From a virus (taxonomy: Duplodnaviria > Caudoviricetes): DNA of 33,675 nt. Below the pieces are notes generated by a model. That model saw nothing but the letters and a program-made list of their open reading frames with translations, made no database searches and was not told the DNA's origin. The stretch lies in the IMG/VR virus record IMGVR_UViG_3300030708_004078, positions 1 through 33,675 of that record; one strand, 5' to 3'. Of the stretch, positions 33,354 through 33,675 are shown piece by piece; within the stretch, counting starts at the first letter, position 1, and every line of letters begins with the position of its first letter. The position numbers and the translations under genes were made by a program.

Positions 33354-33650
33354 ATGAGTGACAATGATTTTCCAGCCGTGATGGGGAACACCCCACTTGG
33401 TTTTCTACAAACTTACGTACAGGGGTTACAAGAATACGAGCAGGCAGGCACTGATATCCCTGACTTGCGTTTGCAAAATGAATATGCCCAAGAAATGGGC
33501 GGTCCACTGCTAAAGCAGGTGACTGCTAATTTACCTGATTTTGAGAGGATGAAAGTTCCTTTTGGTAAGTCACCTTATAAAAGCCCGGTTTTACCTGGAG
33601 AAAAAAGCCCTGAAGAGGAAATTCCATTTATACCCATCCCCCGGGCCTAG
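33354..33650 (+). CDS. Small Pro-rich hypothetical protein
   Basis: Coupled to upstream gene; carries GFLQTYV. Confidence 0.65.
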   Translation: MSDNDFPAVMGNTPLGFLQTYVQGLQEYEQAGTDIPDLRLQNEYAQEMGGPLLKQVTANLPDFERMKVPFGKSPYKSPVLPGEKSPEEEIPFIPIPRA

Positions 33651-33675
33651 TCGCGCCATTTTAGAGGCTTCTCAT

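Noticed and set aside
1-33675. Stop-codon reassignment
   Set aside because: Coding density is high under the standard code; TAA, TAG and TGA all end genes at sensible coupled junctions
1-33675. Assignment to a named phage genus
   Set aside because: No hallmark gene (capsid, terminase, polymerase) in the window; needs a protein-sharing network or BLAST analysis

Overview
A gene-dense 33.7 kb piece of a tailed dsDNA phage genome, most likely an aquatic cyanophage (picocyanobacterial host inferred from an NblA-like gene, an intronless tRNA-Leu(UAA), and a membrane/secreted gene block I recognise from cyanophages). 1-17.0 kb: lysozyme-like protein, small low-complexity proteins, then a largely duplicated virion adsorption apparatus (FCCH-like repeat proteins, one with a SWIM finger; Mtd_N-like adaptors; DUF2190-like pair; two LamG/SPRY fibre heads; three fibre chaperones). 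17.0-20.7 kb: seven membrane or signal-peptide proteins in a convergent/divergent block, a candidate phage-built envelope channel or fibre. 20.7-30.3 kb: accessory genes, several of them enzymes with altered catalytic motifs (C39 peptidase, GH24 lysozyme, Dam-like methylase, double HNH), plus an intact HNH, tRNA-Leu, nblA-like and Nmad1/DUF1599. 30.32-30.62 kb: non-coding nested inverted repeat (candidate origin or packaging site). 30.9-33.65 kb: low-complexity proteins; several of these and other small proteins share a short FLxxY[IVL] motif (candidate capsid-targeting signal). No capsid, portal, terminase, polymerase, integrase or reverse transcriptase was recognised. All family assignments are motif recognition by eye, not database searches.
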